Part shown: in pieces, positions 8,990 to 18,056 of the stretch
How positions within the stretch are numbered: position 1 is the stretch's first letter
Layout of the letters: each line of letters starts with the position of its first letter
NCBI GenBank assembly: GCA_031426555.1
Contig: JANPLN010000071.1
Location: forward strand, 1 to 53,907
Direction: 5' to 3'
DNA: 53,907 nucleotides
Source: Bdellovibrionales bacterium
Lineage (GTDB): Bacteria > Bdellovibrionota > Bdellovibrionia > Bdellovibrionales > JAGQZY01
Translations under genes and position numbers: made by a program
The notes under the pieces: generated by a model
Seen by the model: only the letters and a program-made list of their open reading frames with translations
The model's database searches: none
Told to the model about the DNA's origin: nothing

Positions 8990-10162
8990 TCACTTGTAGG
9001 CGGGGATTCCGGTGATGTGCTCTCCCAAAATCAATCGATGAATGTCTTCAGTGCCCTCGTAAGTGTTGACGCTCTCTAGATTCATCAGGTGTCGTCCGCA
9101 TTGGTATTCTAATGTGATGCCAGAGGCGCCAAGAATATCGCGGGTCATTCGGGCGATCTCTAAAGCCTTCGAAACATTGTTCATCTTTGCCAAGGAAATC
9201 TGCTGTGGAATTGATTGACCCTGCTCTTTCAATCGCCCCAGGTGATAGGACAATAGTTGACCCTTCGTGATTTCGGAAAGCATATGGGTGAGTTTGCTTT
9301 GCACGAGTTGAAATGAAGCAATCGGTTTATCAAATTGAATGCGCGTGAGGGAATACTGTTTGGCTTCGTCGAAGCAAGCCATGGCCGCACCCATGGCTCC
9401 CCACGAAATTCCGTAGCGAGCATGGTTTAAACAGCTGAAGGGTCCTTTTAAGCCCAACACATTTAATTTATTTTTTGCGGGCACCACACAGTGGTCCAAA
9501 ATTATTTCGGAAGTCACAGAAGCGTTAAGGCTGAATTTTTTTTCGATATTGCGCACAGTGAGCCCTGCGGTTTTTATCGGTACAACAAAGCCGCCGATTT
9601 TGTCGCCTTCATCTGCGAGTTTGGCCCAAATAATTGCAATGTCGGCAAGGCCTCCATTGGTGATCCACATTTTATTACCGGTGATCACATAGTCGTTTCC
9701 GTTGCGGACCGCGCGAGTCTGCATACCGCTGGGGTTAGAACCGTGATCGGGCTCGGTCAAACCAAAGCAGCCAATCAAATGGCCTTTGGCCATTTCGGGA
9801 AGATATTGATTTTTAAGTTCTTCGCTGCCATAGGCCCAAATCGGGTACATGCTGAGCGCGCCCTGCACGCTGATGGCGCTGCGGATCCCGCTGTCGGCGC
9901 GCTCGAGTTCTTGCATAATGATTCCATAGGCCACTTCCCCAAGACCAGGGCAACCATAGCCTTTGAGATTGGCGCCGAGGGCACCCAGCGCACCGAGTTC
10001 TTTGAAAATATTTTTGGGAAACGTATGATTAAAATAATGTTCTGCAATGTGCGGCATGATGTTTTGCGAAACATACTGGCGCAGTGTTTGTTGAATGGAT
10101 TTTTCTTCGTCTGTGAGTAGACTTGAAATATTGTAAAAATCGAGAGCTTCGTAAGGTTTCAT
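8990..10162 (-). CDS. gcdH: Acyl-CoA dehydrogenase, glutaryl-CoA dehydrogenase-like
   Basis: GCFGLTEPDHGSNP, GNKMWITNG, RIQFDKPIA, NLESVNTYEGT motifs. Confidence 0.8.
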   Translation of the reverse strand: MKPYEALDFYNISSLLTDEEKSIQQTLRQYVSQNIMPHIAEHYFNHTFPKNIFKELGALGALGANLKGYGCPGLGEVAYGIIMQELERADSGIRSAISVQGALSMYPIWAYGSEELKNQYLPEMAKGHLIGCFGLTEPDHGSNPSGMQTRAVRNGNDYVITGNKMWITNGGLADIAIIWAKLADEGDKIGGFVVPIKTAGLTVRNIEKKFSLNASVTSEIILDHCVVPAKNKLNVLGLKGPFSCLNHARYGISWGAMGAAMACFDEAKQYSLTRIQFDKPIASFQLVQSKLTHMLSEITKGQLLSYHLGRLKEQGQSIPQQISLAKMNNVSKALEIARMTRDILGASGITLEYQCGRHLMNLESVNTYEGTEDIHRLILGEHITGIPAYK

Positions 10163-10226
10163 GGGTTATTTCCTTGTCAAACGGCATTCCCTGGGTAATA
10201 TCGGCCGTTCATATTAAGGAGATTTT

Positions 10227-11480
10227 ATGCGAGTTTTGGTCGTAGGACAAGGTGGACGTGAGCACTCTTTAGTACGGGCGCTTTATTTTTCGCCATCGGT
10301 GACAGAAGTGCATGCTGTGCCGGGCAGTGATGGCATGACCGAGGCGATCTGCCATAGAAATACAGATACGCGAAACATCAACGCCGTTTTAGAACTCTGT
10401 CAAAAATTTCAATTTGATCTTGTAGTTATCGGCCCGGAGCAAGCTTTAGTTGGTGGCTTATCCAATACTTTGCGAGCGGCGGGAATCGCTGTGTTTGGCC
10501 CGAGCCAAGAAGCCGCGCGGCTTGAAGGCAGCAAAATTTTTAACAAACAATTTTTGGTCGATGGCAATATTCCCACAGCTCCCTCAGTGGTAGTGCAGTC
10601 TGTGGACGAAACGCTAGAGGCAGCAGAAACTTTCAGCCCGCCTTATGTTTTAAAGGCCGATGGACTTGCGGGCGGAAAAGGTGTTTACATTTGTCAGACG
10701 TTAGCCGATTTGCGAGAAGCAGCTGCCGAACTTTTTGAACAAAAGATTTTAGGAGCCGCCGGCGAAAAAGCCTTGCTCGAAAAATTTCAAAAGGGTTTTG
10801 AGCTGAGTTATTTTATCTTAACGAACGGTGAATCCTATGTGTCGTTACCCATGGCCCAGGATCATAAAAGAATTGGCGAGGGTGAAACCGGGCCCAACAC
10901 AGGCGGCATGGGAACCATCGCGCCCATTCCTATTTTGCCCGAAGAGCACAATATCATTTTACAAAAAGTCGTGGAGCCCACTGTGCGCCACATGCGAGAA
11001 AAAAAGATGGTTTACCGCGGAGTCTTATTCATCGGTCTGATGATGACGCAAGATGGGCCATCGGTTTTGGAATTTAACGTTCGCTTTGGCGATCCTGAAA
11101 CCCAAGTGTTGATGCCGTTGCTCGACGGCGACTGGGGAAAGGTGTTTCTTTCGGTAGCAAAGGGCGAAATCCCTGCGTTACAGTGGAAAAATATTTATGC
11201 TGCCTGTGTGGTTATGGCCGCCGAAGGATATCCGCAGACGGTGGTGAAAGGGTCGCCCATCACCGGCGACCTCAACACGCAGACCTCTTCTAGCTATTTT
11301 TTACATGCAGGAACGCAAAAAGACGCTAAAGGTTGGGTTGTGAGCGGAGGACGCGTGCTCAATGCTGTCGGCTTGGGTTCGAGCCACCGCGAGGCTTTAA
11401 AGAAAGCCTACGATCTTTGTGAGCAGGCACAGTGGACAGGGATTCAGTATCGTCGCGATATTGGCAAAAAATATTTATAG
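10227..11480 (+). CDS. purD: Phosphoribosylamine-glycine ligase
   Basis: VVGQGGREH, LEGSK, KADGLAGGKGV, GPNTGGMG, EFNVRFGDPE motifs. Confidence 0.96.
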   Translation: MRVLVVGQGGREHSLVRALYFSPSVTEVHAVPGSDGMTEAICHRNTDTRNINAVLELCQKFQFDLVVIGPEQALVGGLSNTLRAAGIAVFGPSQEAARLEGSKIFNKQFLVDGNIPTAPSVVVQSVDETLEAAETFSPPYVLKADGLAGGKGVYICQTLADLREAAAELFEQKILGAAGEKALLEKFQKGFELSYFILTNGESYVSLPMAQDHKRIGEGETGPNTGGMGTIAPIPILPEEHNIILQKVVEPTVRHMREKKMVYRGVLFIGLMMTQDGPSVLEFNVRFGDPETQVLMPLLDGDWGKVFLSVAKGEIPALQWKNIYAACVVMAAEGYPQTVVKGSPITGDLNTQTSSSYFLHAGTQKDAKGWVVSGGRVLNAVGLGSSHREALKKAYDLCEQAQWTGIQYRRDIGKKYL

Positions 11481-12302
11481 CACGTTCCATTGATGATTTT
11501 GGAAATCAAAAAACCAGTCGGCTTGAGAAATCATGTTAAATCCCAAAATAAAATCCACATCAGGTCCTAAAAATTCCTGAACCGGTTCGAAGTCCATGAT
11601 CATAACATACTCTGCGACAAATTTTTTCGAACCTGCCTGTAGCCAATTTAAAATAGCCAACTGACTTCCGATCATTTTTCCGTGAGTGTCTTTGGTTTCT
11701 GCTCCGCCGATGAGAGTGAAAAGAGTTTTATTTTTTTCGTAAAATTTTTGACTTACGGAAGTGACGCTCGCGCCTGTATCGTACATGGCTTTCGAAGGCA
11801 CGCCACCCTTAAATTGCACATCCATAATGATGTGGCCGGAGGTCTCCGTTGTGAATGTTTTATCCGCCTTCATGTTTTCTGGTTTTTGCAACGTGAGACT
11901 TTTTTCTGAAAAAGAAAGAAACATTTTTTTTTGAGAAAAAACATCCAATCCAATAAGCGGCTTAGCTTCAGCGCCTAGTGGACAACGTACCCAACGTAAG
12001 TTCTGCGCGACAAAATTACCGCTGAAGAATAATTCACTGACGTCAATCAAATCACACTCCATGACAGATCCACTGGCAGAAACATGATTCAATTTTCCAA
12101 TACTTTTTAATGAGGAAGTTTTCTCAATGAAAGATATGGTTGTAAAGTTAACGCCAGTGTCCAGCTTGCAAGGTCCCGAGTAGTCGGCAAATTCGCAGGT
12201 AAGTATTGTTTCCCCACCACCCAAATATCCAACGGTGCTGGTCAAAGGAAACGATGTCGCACTTGAAGAAAAAACAAAAGATAACAGGAACCCCAAAAAC
12301 AT
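11475..12302 (-). CDS. Secreted retropepsin-like aspartic protease with two catalytic lobes
   Basis: Two DTG motifs (LDTG, YDTGA), each followed by a hydrophobic-hydrophobic-Gly motif (LIG, ILG); signal peptide. Confidence 0.78.
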   Translation of the reverse strand: MFLGFLLSFVFSSSATSFPLTSTVGYLGGGETILTCEFADYSGPCKLDTGVNFTTISFIEKTSSLKSIGKLNHVSASGSVMECDLIDVSELFFSGNFVAQNLRWVRCPLGAEAKPLIGLDVFSQKKMFLSFSEKSLTLQKPENMKADKTFTTETSGHIIMDVQFKGGVPSKAMYDTGASVTSVSQKFYEKNKTLFTLIGGAETKDTHGKMIGSQLAILNWLQAGSKKFVAEYVMIMDFEPVQEFLGPDVDFILGFNMISQADWFFDFQNHQWNVL

Positions 12303-12406
12303 TGCTCAAACCCCTCGTAACATCGCTCAGTCAGCTCCCCAGCTGATTCGAGTCGATAAGGAATGCAGTATCAGGTTTGAGGGAGTTTATGCAAGAAAAA
12401 GTTTGC

Positions 12407-13009
12407 TTACCAAACGTATTGCAGATTGAGCATCTGAACTCGGTTTTCACCGGCAAGCGAAGATTCAATTCCGATGGTGCTTGTAGGGCTGAGGTCATGT
12501 TGAAAGATAAGAGCTAATTGATTTCCACGGCTCATGTCGTAGCGCAGTTGGGCTTTTGTAAAACCGCTGTACTGAATAAATGCCTGTCCTTGAAACGCAG
12601 CTAATTTAAAATCAAAATTGTGCGTAATGTTTTTTTCATCTTTAAATTCCAAATTTGTTTCCATTTTTTCTTTTACAGAATTTGCAGATTTTCCAAACTT
12701 GGATTTTCTAAAAAATTCCGATTTTAAAAGTCGAGCCGAGGTGCGATCGAGAATTCTCTGTAAAACCACGGTGTCTTTTTCGACCAAGGCGGGATTGTTT
12801 GGCATGTACTCACTCCAGATTTTTTGCATGCGTTCGCGGCGTTCGGCAAACGAAACAAGATCTTGCTGGAGAGACGCTTCTAACAACGGGGCCTGTTCTT
12901 GTTCGGAAAATTTTGGATAGTAAGGGTTGAGATAAAGCTGTGCCGTCTGCGCTGCATTCGCAGTGACAGAAAAAAGCCCTAAAAGAAAAACTATAACCCC
13001 TATACGCAT
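12407..13009 (-). CDS. Secreted hypothetical protein, possible outer-membrane protein
   Basis: Signal peptide; beta-rich C-terminal half ending LQYVW. Confidence 0.6.
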   Translation of the reverse strand: MRIGVIVFLLGLFSVTANAAQTAQLYLNPYYPKFSEQEQAPLLEASLQQDLVSFAERRERMQKIWSEYMPNNPALVEKDTVVLQRILDRTSARLLKSEFFRKSKFGKSANSVKEKMETNLEFKDEKNITHNFDFKLAAFQGQAFIQYSGFTKAQLRYDMSRGNQLALIFQHDLSPTSTIGIESSLAGENRVQMLNLQYVW

Positions 13010-13024
13010 ACCTACCCCTTAAGT

Positions 13025-13040
13025 AGCAAATGCAGCGCCA
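13025..13040 (-). promoter_or_regulatory. sigma-54 promoter
   Basis: TGGCGC-TGCAT-TTGCT upstream of the ATG at 13009. Confidence 0.65.
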
Positions 13041-13203
13041 AGGAGTAAAACTATCGAGATTTTAAGAGGTTAGAGAAAGCCCAGCGAATTGGTTTCCAGG
13101 CAGATTTTAAATGGAGTTGAGGGCCAACTGAATAGTCTGGGAACTTCGGAGTGTCTAGAACTTAAACACCCGAGGTGAGAGCTTCACGGTCTGAAAGTGG
13201 ACC

Positions 13204-14619
13204 TCAGAGGTTAATATCATCGCGTTCGCCATTTGGAGGGCGAAGGCCTTTTTTCTTAATCTTCTCAACCAGCGTGGTGCGATTGAGCTTAAGTAGCAAG
13301 GCGGCTTGGTTTCGATTCCATCCGGTCTTGTTGAGTGCATTCATGATCAGCTGATTTTCAAACGCATCAACGGCACCATTAAAATCAATTCCATCGGCAG
13401 GGATGTCTCCAGTGATGGTTGCATTGACGGGACTTGTTCCGATGAGATGGAAATGCTCAGGAAGATCTTCGGTGTGAATCGTTCCTTCGCGCTTGAGGAT
13501 GCTCGCTCGCTCAATAAAGTTTTCCAGCTCACGAATGTTTCCTGGCCAATTGTAGCCCAACAACAACTCCATGGTGTCTTCGGCCACGCCCGTGATGCGT
13601 GATCCCTTCTTTTCATTAAACACAGTTATGAAATGCTGAATGAGTAGAGGAATGTCGCTGCGGCGCTCGCGAAGTGCCGGAATATAAATTGGAATTACAT
13701 TTAGACGATAGAAAAGATCCTCACGAAAATTTCCTTCTTTCACGGCTTCTTGCAGGTTAACGTTGGTGGCCGCAACGACTCGCACATTAGCGTCCACGGT
13801 TTTGGCACTTCCTACGGCCTCAAACTTCCGCTCTTGTAAAACGCGAAGCAACTTCACTTGCAGATTCGTACTCAGGTCGCCAATTTCATCCAAAAAGATG
13901 GAACCGTGATTGGCTAATTCAAAACGCCCGGCACGATTGTTAATCGCACCAGTAAAAGCACCTTTAATGTGACCAAAAAGCTCGCTCTCTAAAAGTTCCG
14001 ACGGGATGGCACCGCAATTGATCGGCACAAACGGTTTGTTAGAGCGGGGAGAGTTGTAGTGAATGGCCTTTGCGATAAGCTCTTTTCCAGTGCCACTTTC
14101 GCCGGTTATTAAGATTGTAGAATCAGAATCAGCAACTTTTTCCACAAGATTGAGAACTTTCTTGATGCTCTCACTTTGACCGATGATATTGTCGAAGCGG
14201 TATTTACTATAAAGTTGGTTTTTAAGGCGCTCGTTTTCAGTGATGAGGCGAGTGTGCGACAACGATTTGTCAGACAAAAGCGTGAGCTCCTCGATATTGA
14301 ACGGCTTTGTCATAAAGTGATAGGCGCCGAGCTTGGTCGCCTCGACAGCTAAATCCACCGACCCAAAACCTGTAAGTACAATCACCGGTGTTTGGTCGTA
14401 CTTCTTTTTTACCAATCGCAGAATTTCAATTCCGTCGCCGTCGGGTAATTTTATATCCAATAGCACAAGGTCGATGGCCGTTTCACTGGCTATGACCTGT
14501 TCAGCTTCCTTGGCAGAAGCTGTGGTGATGACATGAAACCCTTTTCGACTATAAATTCTAAACAGCGCCGCGCGAAGAGTTTGGTCATCATCAACAACGA
14601 GAACTTTGATTGGGTTCAT
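13204..14619 (-). CDS. sigma-54-dependent response regulator (NtrC/AtoC family)
   Basis: Receiver (VVDDD, LLDIKLP), Walker A GESGTGKE, GAFTGA, FLDEIG, WPGNIREL, Fis-type HTH. Confidence 0.95.
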   Translation of the reverse strand: MNPIKVLVVDDDQTLRAALFRIYSRKGFHVITTASAKEAEQVIASETAIDLVLLDIKLPDGDGIEILRLVKKKYDQTPVIVLTGFGSVDLAVEATKLGAYHFMTKPFNIEELTLLSDKSLSHTRLITENERLKNQLYSKYRFDNIIGQSESIKKVLNLVEKVADSDSTILITGESGTGKELIAKAIHYNSPRSNKPFVPINCGAIPSELLESELFGHIKGAFTGAINNRAGRFELANHGSIFLDEIGDLSTNLQVKLLRVLQERKFEAVGSAKTVDANVRVVAATNVNLQEAVKEGNFREDLFYRLNVIPIYIPALRERRSDIPLLIQHFITVFNEKKGSRITGVAEDTMELLLGYNWPGNIRELENFIERASILKREGTIHTEDLPEHFHLIGTSPVNATITGDIPADGIDFNGAVDAFENQLIMNALNKTGWNRNQAALLLKLNRTTLVEKIKKKGLRPPNGERDDINL

Positions 14620-14738
14620 GGACTGGAGTTCCTTCCTTGGAAAACCGCGGTTGCGGCCCGAACGTTGCTTCCTGCACCGTCTATCTCAGGCTAAGAGAAT
14701 CTTTTGACTGTGTCAATTTCACGACGTCACAAAATGGA

Positions 14739-16634
14739 CTAAGATTCGTGAGAGGAAAGTCGAGGAAAGAGAATTTCGGCGCAGGTTTTTCCGTCTTTTT
14801 GAGATGTTAGCTGTATTTGTGCGGAATGTTCGACGAGAATTTGTCGAGCTAGAGTAAGGCCCAGCCCAGAGTGTTTTTCAGGATCTTTGGTGGTGAACAG
14901 TGGGTCAAAAAAATGGTGCTGGCCTGAATTCGCGAGACCAATTCCGTCGTCGATAATCTGTAAAACGATATTGTTTGCCGTTGCGTTTAACAGAATTTGT
15001 ATATGGCCTAGGAAGCCTGATTGCTGCTTGCGTTTTTCTAAGATGCCCTCATAGGCATTTTGCAAAAGATTACAAAAAACTTGAGCGAGCGTATTAAAAC
15101 GACCGCGCACGATGACGGCCGTTGCATTTGCAGGGGCATCAATGCGAACACCCTGCGACCGTGTCTTGAGCTCGGTGATCATAATGGCCCGATGGATCAC
15201 GTCCTGCAGCACCACTTCGCGAAACTCACTCTCCCCAGACGTGCGCGAGAAACTGAGAAGATTTTTTACGATATCTTTACAGCGATGGGCCGCGACTTCC
15301 ATCTCGTTAATATCTGCGGTGATGGGATCGCCGGCCGGTAAATCCATTTTCAGAAGCTGGATAAAGTTGAGCATGCCACCCAATGGATTGTTGAGCTCGT
15401 GGGCGATGCTGCTGCTGATGGTCCCAAGTTCTGCGAGCTTGGCGGATTCCACAAGTTGTCGTTCGAGGCTCAATTGTTGTGAAATATCTCGGTAAAGATG
15501 AAAGTAGCTCTTTTGGTAATCAACCGTCATAGACTGGCTGAAGACATCGTAAATTTGTGTATTTTTGTTGTGCTCGCGAAGTCGGAACGGTTTTCCACGC
15601 TGGCAATCAGGACAGGGCGAAGATCGTTGAAAGAGGGCTGCGTAACATTTTTTGCCCATGCTGTTGTTGTTCGTCTGTTGGTTGGTGAGCCGGAGGTTGT
15701 AATCCTCGTCGATTAAGCAAACCAGATCGGAAATGGCGTTGAATGTGGACTGCCATTGAGCCTGTAAGTCTTTGTTGCGTTCGATTTGCAACATACGCTC
15801 CACGCTTAAGGCGATGGCCTGACCAATTTGTTCGAGAAAGTCGCGCTCTTCGCGGCGAAAGGAGCCACTTGTGTGACGCGCAAAAATCAATTGGCCAAAC
15901 TCTTGATTGGCGTTGATCAGAGGAATTCGATGATGGTGAAGTTCGTCGTCTTTGAGGGACGAGGAAACATTGAGCTTGGAGGGCCCTAGCGAAATGCGAA
16001 ACCAATCGAGGGAAAACGGATCTTTGAGCAATTGTGTGACGTTTTTTTCGAGATCCGTAAAGTGTGTTGAGTTATGAATCGCAAAAAGGCATTTTTGCAA
16101 AAACAAATTTTTTTCGTTGGTTGTCGACAACTTTGTCCGCGCCTCTTCGAGATGGGCTTGCCGCTTTTCGATTCGCTCCTCGAGTGTTTGCGATATTTTT
16201 TGCAATTCTTTGTTTTGCTCTTTGAAAAGCTCGTAGAGCACCTGTGCTTGCTTGTTTAGCTGCGCCAACTCAAGAGCCTCTTCGATGGCTCTTTGTAAAG
16301 CCACAGAGTCTTTGGTGTTTAACAACCGAAAAGGGCGCTTTTGATTAAAAAAATTCAAGATTTCGGTTTCTGGAACTTCGAGGGAAAAGAAGATGATCTG
16401 GGTTTGTAGCTTTAATGTCTGTATTTCGTTCACGAGCAAACGTAACTGTTGTAAAAAAGGCGCAGCAAGATCAATGACCACCACGAGGGGTTCAGAGGTA
16501 AAAAATGGAAATTGTAGCGAACTTGGCTTGTAATGCGTAGCTCCCCACAGCGGCGGGGGCGTCATGTGCTCGGAAATAAAAAACAGGCTTGTCTTACTGA
16601 GAAGAGAGGGCTGCTTAAACTGTTGCGGCGCCAT
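14739..16634 (-). CDS. Cytoplasmic sensor histidine kinase (coiled coil, GAF-like, PAS-like, HisKA, HATPase)
   Basis: H-box IAHELNNPL, N-box NLLQNA, DDGIG, FTTK, SGLGL; no clear TM segments. Confidence 0.9.
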   Translation of the reverse strand: MAPQQFKQPSLLSKTSLFFISEHMTPPPLWGATHYKPSSLQFPFFTSEPLVVVIDLAAPFLQQLRLLVNEIQTLKLQTQIIFFSLEVPETEILNFFNQKRPFRLLNTKDSVALQRAIEEALELAQLNKQAQVLYELFKEQNKELQKISQTLEERIEKRQAHLEEARTKLSTTNEKNLFLQKCLFAIHNSTHFTDLEKNVTQLLKDPFSLDWFRISLGPSKLNVSSSLKDDELHHHRIPLINANQEFGQLIFARHTSGSFRREERDFLEQIGQAIALSVERMLQIERNKDLQAQWQSTFNAISDLVCLIDEDYNLRLTNQQTNNNSMGKKCYAALFQRSSPCPDCQRGKPFRLREHNKNTQIYDVFSQSMTVDYQKSYFHLYRDISQQLSLERQLVESAKLAELGTISSSIAHELNNPLGGMLNFIQLLKMDLPAGDPITADINEMEVAAHRCKDIVKNLLSFSRTSGESEFREVVLQDVIHRAIMITELKTRSQGVRIDAPANATAVIVRGRFNTLAQVFCNLLQNAYEGILEKRKQQSGFLGHIQILLNATANNIVLQIIDDGIGLANSGQHHFFDPLFTTKDPEKHSGLGLTLARQILVEHSAQIQLTSQKDGKTCAEILFPRLSSHES

Positions 16635-16684
16635 GTTTTAATGATTGCTTTGTTTTTCACGAATAGCAATGCTAATTTGGCTGC

Positions 16685-18055
16685 ATGGAAACAACCGAAT
16701 ACACCGCAATTATTTTAGCCGCTGGCCAAGGCACTCGAATGAAGTCACCACTGCCAAAGGTCTTGCACCCCGTGGCCGGTCAGCCAATGATTCAATATGT
16801 GTTAAATGCCGTCGCAAAAAATAAACTCAAAGAAGTTCGCGTCGTTGTGGGGGTTGGAGAGAATTTAATTCGCCCGCTCATCGAATCCCAGGGGCATACC
16901 TGCCATCGCCAAGTGCAGCAGTTGGGCACAGCGGATGCCGTTCGCCAGGCTCATCCAGAGTCCATCGAAGGGAATGTCATTATCATTAACGGCGACCATC
17001 CGTTGATCAGCGCGGAAAACATTCAGCAGATTTTAAAAGAATTCGAAACTTCGAAAGCGGATGTGGCGGTGATTTCGGCGGTGGTAAAAAACCCGGGTTC
17101 CTACGGTCGAGTAGTTCGGCACTACGACCAGGTGAAAGCCATTGTAGAAGCAAAAGATGCTTCGCAGGATACGTTAAAAATTTGCGAAGTGAACACCGGC
17201 ATGTACGTGGTGAAGGCCGATGTGCTGAATGCTTTTTTGCCAAAAATTCAAAACAACAACAAGCAGAACGAATTTTATTTGACGGATTTGATTGCAGCCT
17301 CGGTCGATAGTAAGAAAAAAGTCATCGCGATTTCGGCGCCGACCAACGTGGCTTTTGGTGTTAACACACAAGCAGAATTGGCGCTGGCCACTAAAAAAGT
17401 GATGCGCGAAAAGATAAAGCAGCTTCTCGCTGACGGCGTGATCGTGATCGATCCTGCAAACACCTACGTAGAACCGTTCGTGCAAGTGGGCCCAGGCTCG
17501 GTTCTCTATCCAGGATGTTTCTTAAAAGGGCACACGATCATCGAAGCGTTTTGCGTGATCGAACCCAATGTTTTTATGGTGGACTCCCGCGTTGGGCAAA
17601 GTGCTCAGGTGCGAGCTGGCTCCTATTTAGAAAAAGCGATCGTTGGCAATAAATCCACAGTTGGGCCCTATGCGCGACTGAGACCCGGCGCCATCCTAGC
17701 AGAGGAAGTGCATATTGGTAATTTTGTAGAACTTAAAAATACCCAGATGGGGGCGCGCTCGAAGGCGGGCCACCTTACTTATTTAGGCGATGCCGAAGTC
17801 GGCGAGGACACGAATATTGGTTGTGGAACTATCACTTGCAATTACGCCGTGGACAAAAAGAAGTACAAAACTAAAATTGGAAAAAATGTTTTTGTGGGAA
17901 GTGATACACAGTTTGTGGCGCCCATCGAAATCGGCGACAACGCAGTGATTGGTTCGGGATCAACCATCACTAAAAGCGTTCCCGAAAACGCTCTCGCGGT
18001 GGCGCGAGGTAAGCAGTTTATTAAAGAAGGCTACACCAAAAAAGGAGATTCTTAA
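16685..18055 (+). CDS. glmU: Bifunctional UDP-GlcNAc pyrophosphorylase / glucosamine-1-P acetyltransferase
   Basis: ILAAGQGTRMKS, hexapeptide repeats, GNFVELK, HLTYLGDA. Confidence 0.96.
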   Translation: METTEYTAIILAAGQGTRMKSPLPKVLHPVAGQPMIQYVLNAVAKNKLKEVRVVVGVGENLIRPLIESQGHTCHRQVQQLGTADAVRQAHPESIEGNVIIINGDHPLISAENIQQILKEFETSKADVAVISAVVKNPGSYGRVVRHYDQVKAIVEAKDASQDTLKICEVNTGMYVVKADVLNAFLPKIQNNNKQNEFYLTDLIAASVDSKKKVIAISAPTNVAFGVNTQAELALATKKVMREKIKQLLADGVIVIDPANTYVEPFVQVGPGSVLYPGCFLKGHTIIEAFCVIEPNVFMVDSRVGQSAQVRAGSYLEKAIVGNKSTVGPYARLRPGAILAEEVHIGNFVELKNTQMGARSKAGHLTYLGDAEVGEDTNIGCGTITCNYAVDKKKYKTKIGKNVFVGSDTQFVAPIEIGDNAVIGSGSTITKSVPENALAVARGKQFIKEGYTKKGDS

Positions 18056-18056
18056 C

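Noticed and set aside
14654..14669. sigma-54-like CGGCCC-GAACG-TTGCT on the + strand
   Set aside because: It points antisense into the kinase 3' end with no gene to drive; may be chance, and an antisense RNA cannot be shown from sequence.
17949..18056. N-terminal extension of GlmS or a glmS ribozyme
   Set aside because: GlmS needs Cys at the mature N-terminus, so the start is 18057; only 1 bp separates it from glmU, leaving no room for a ribozyme.
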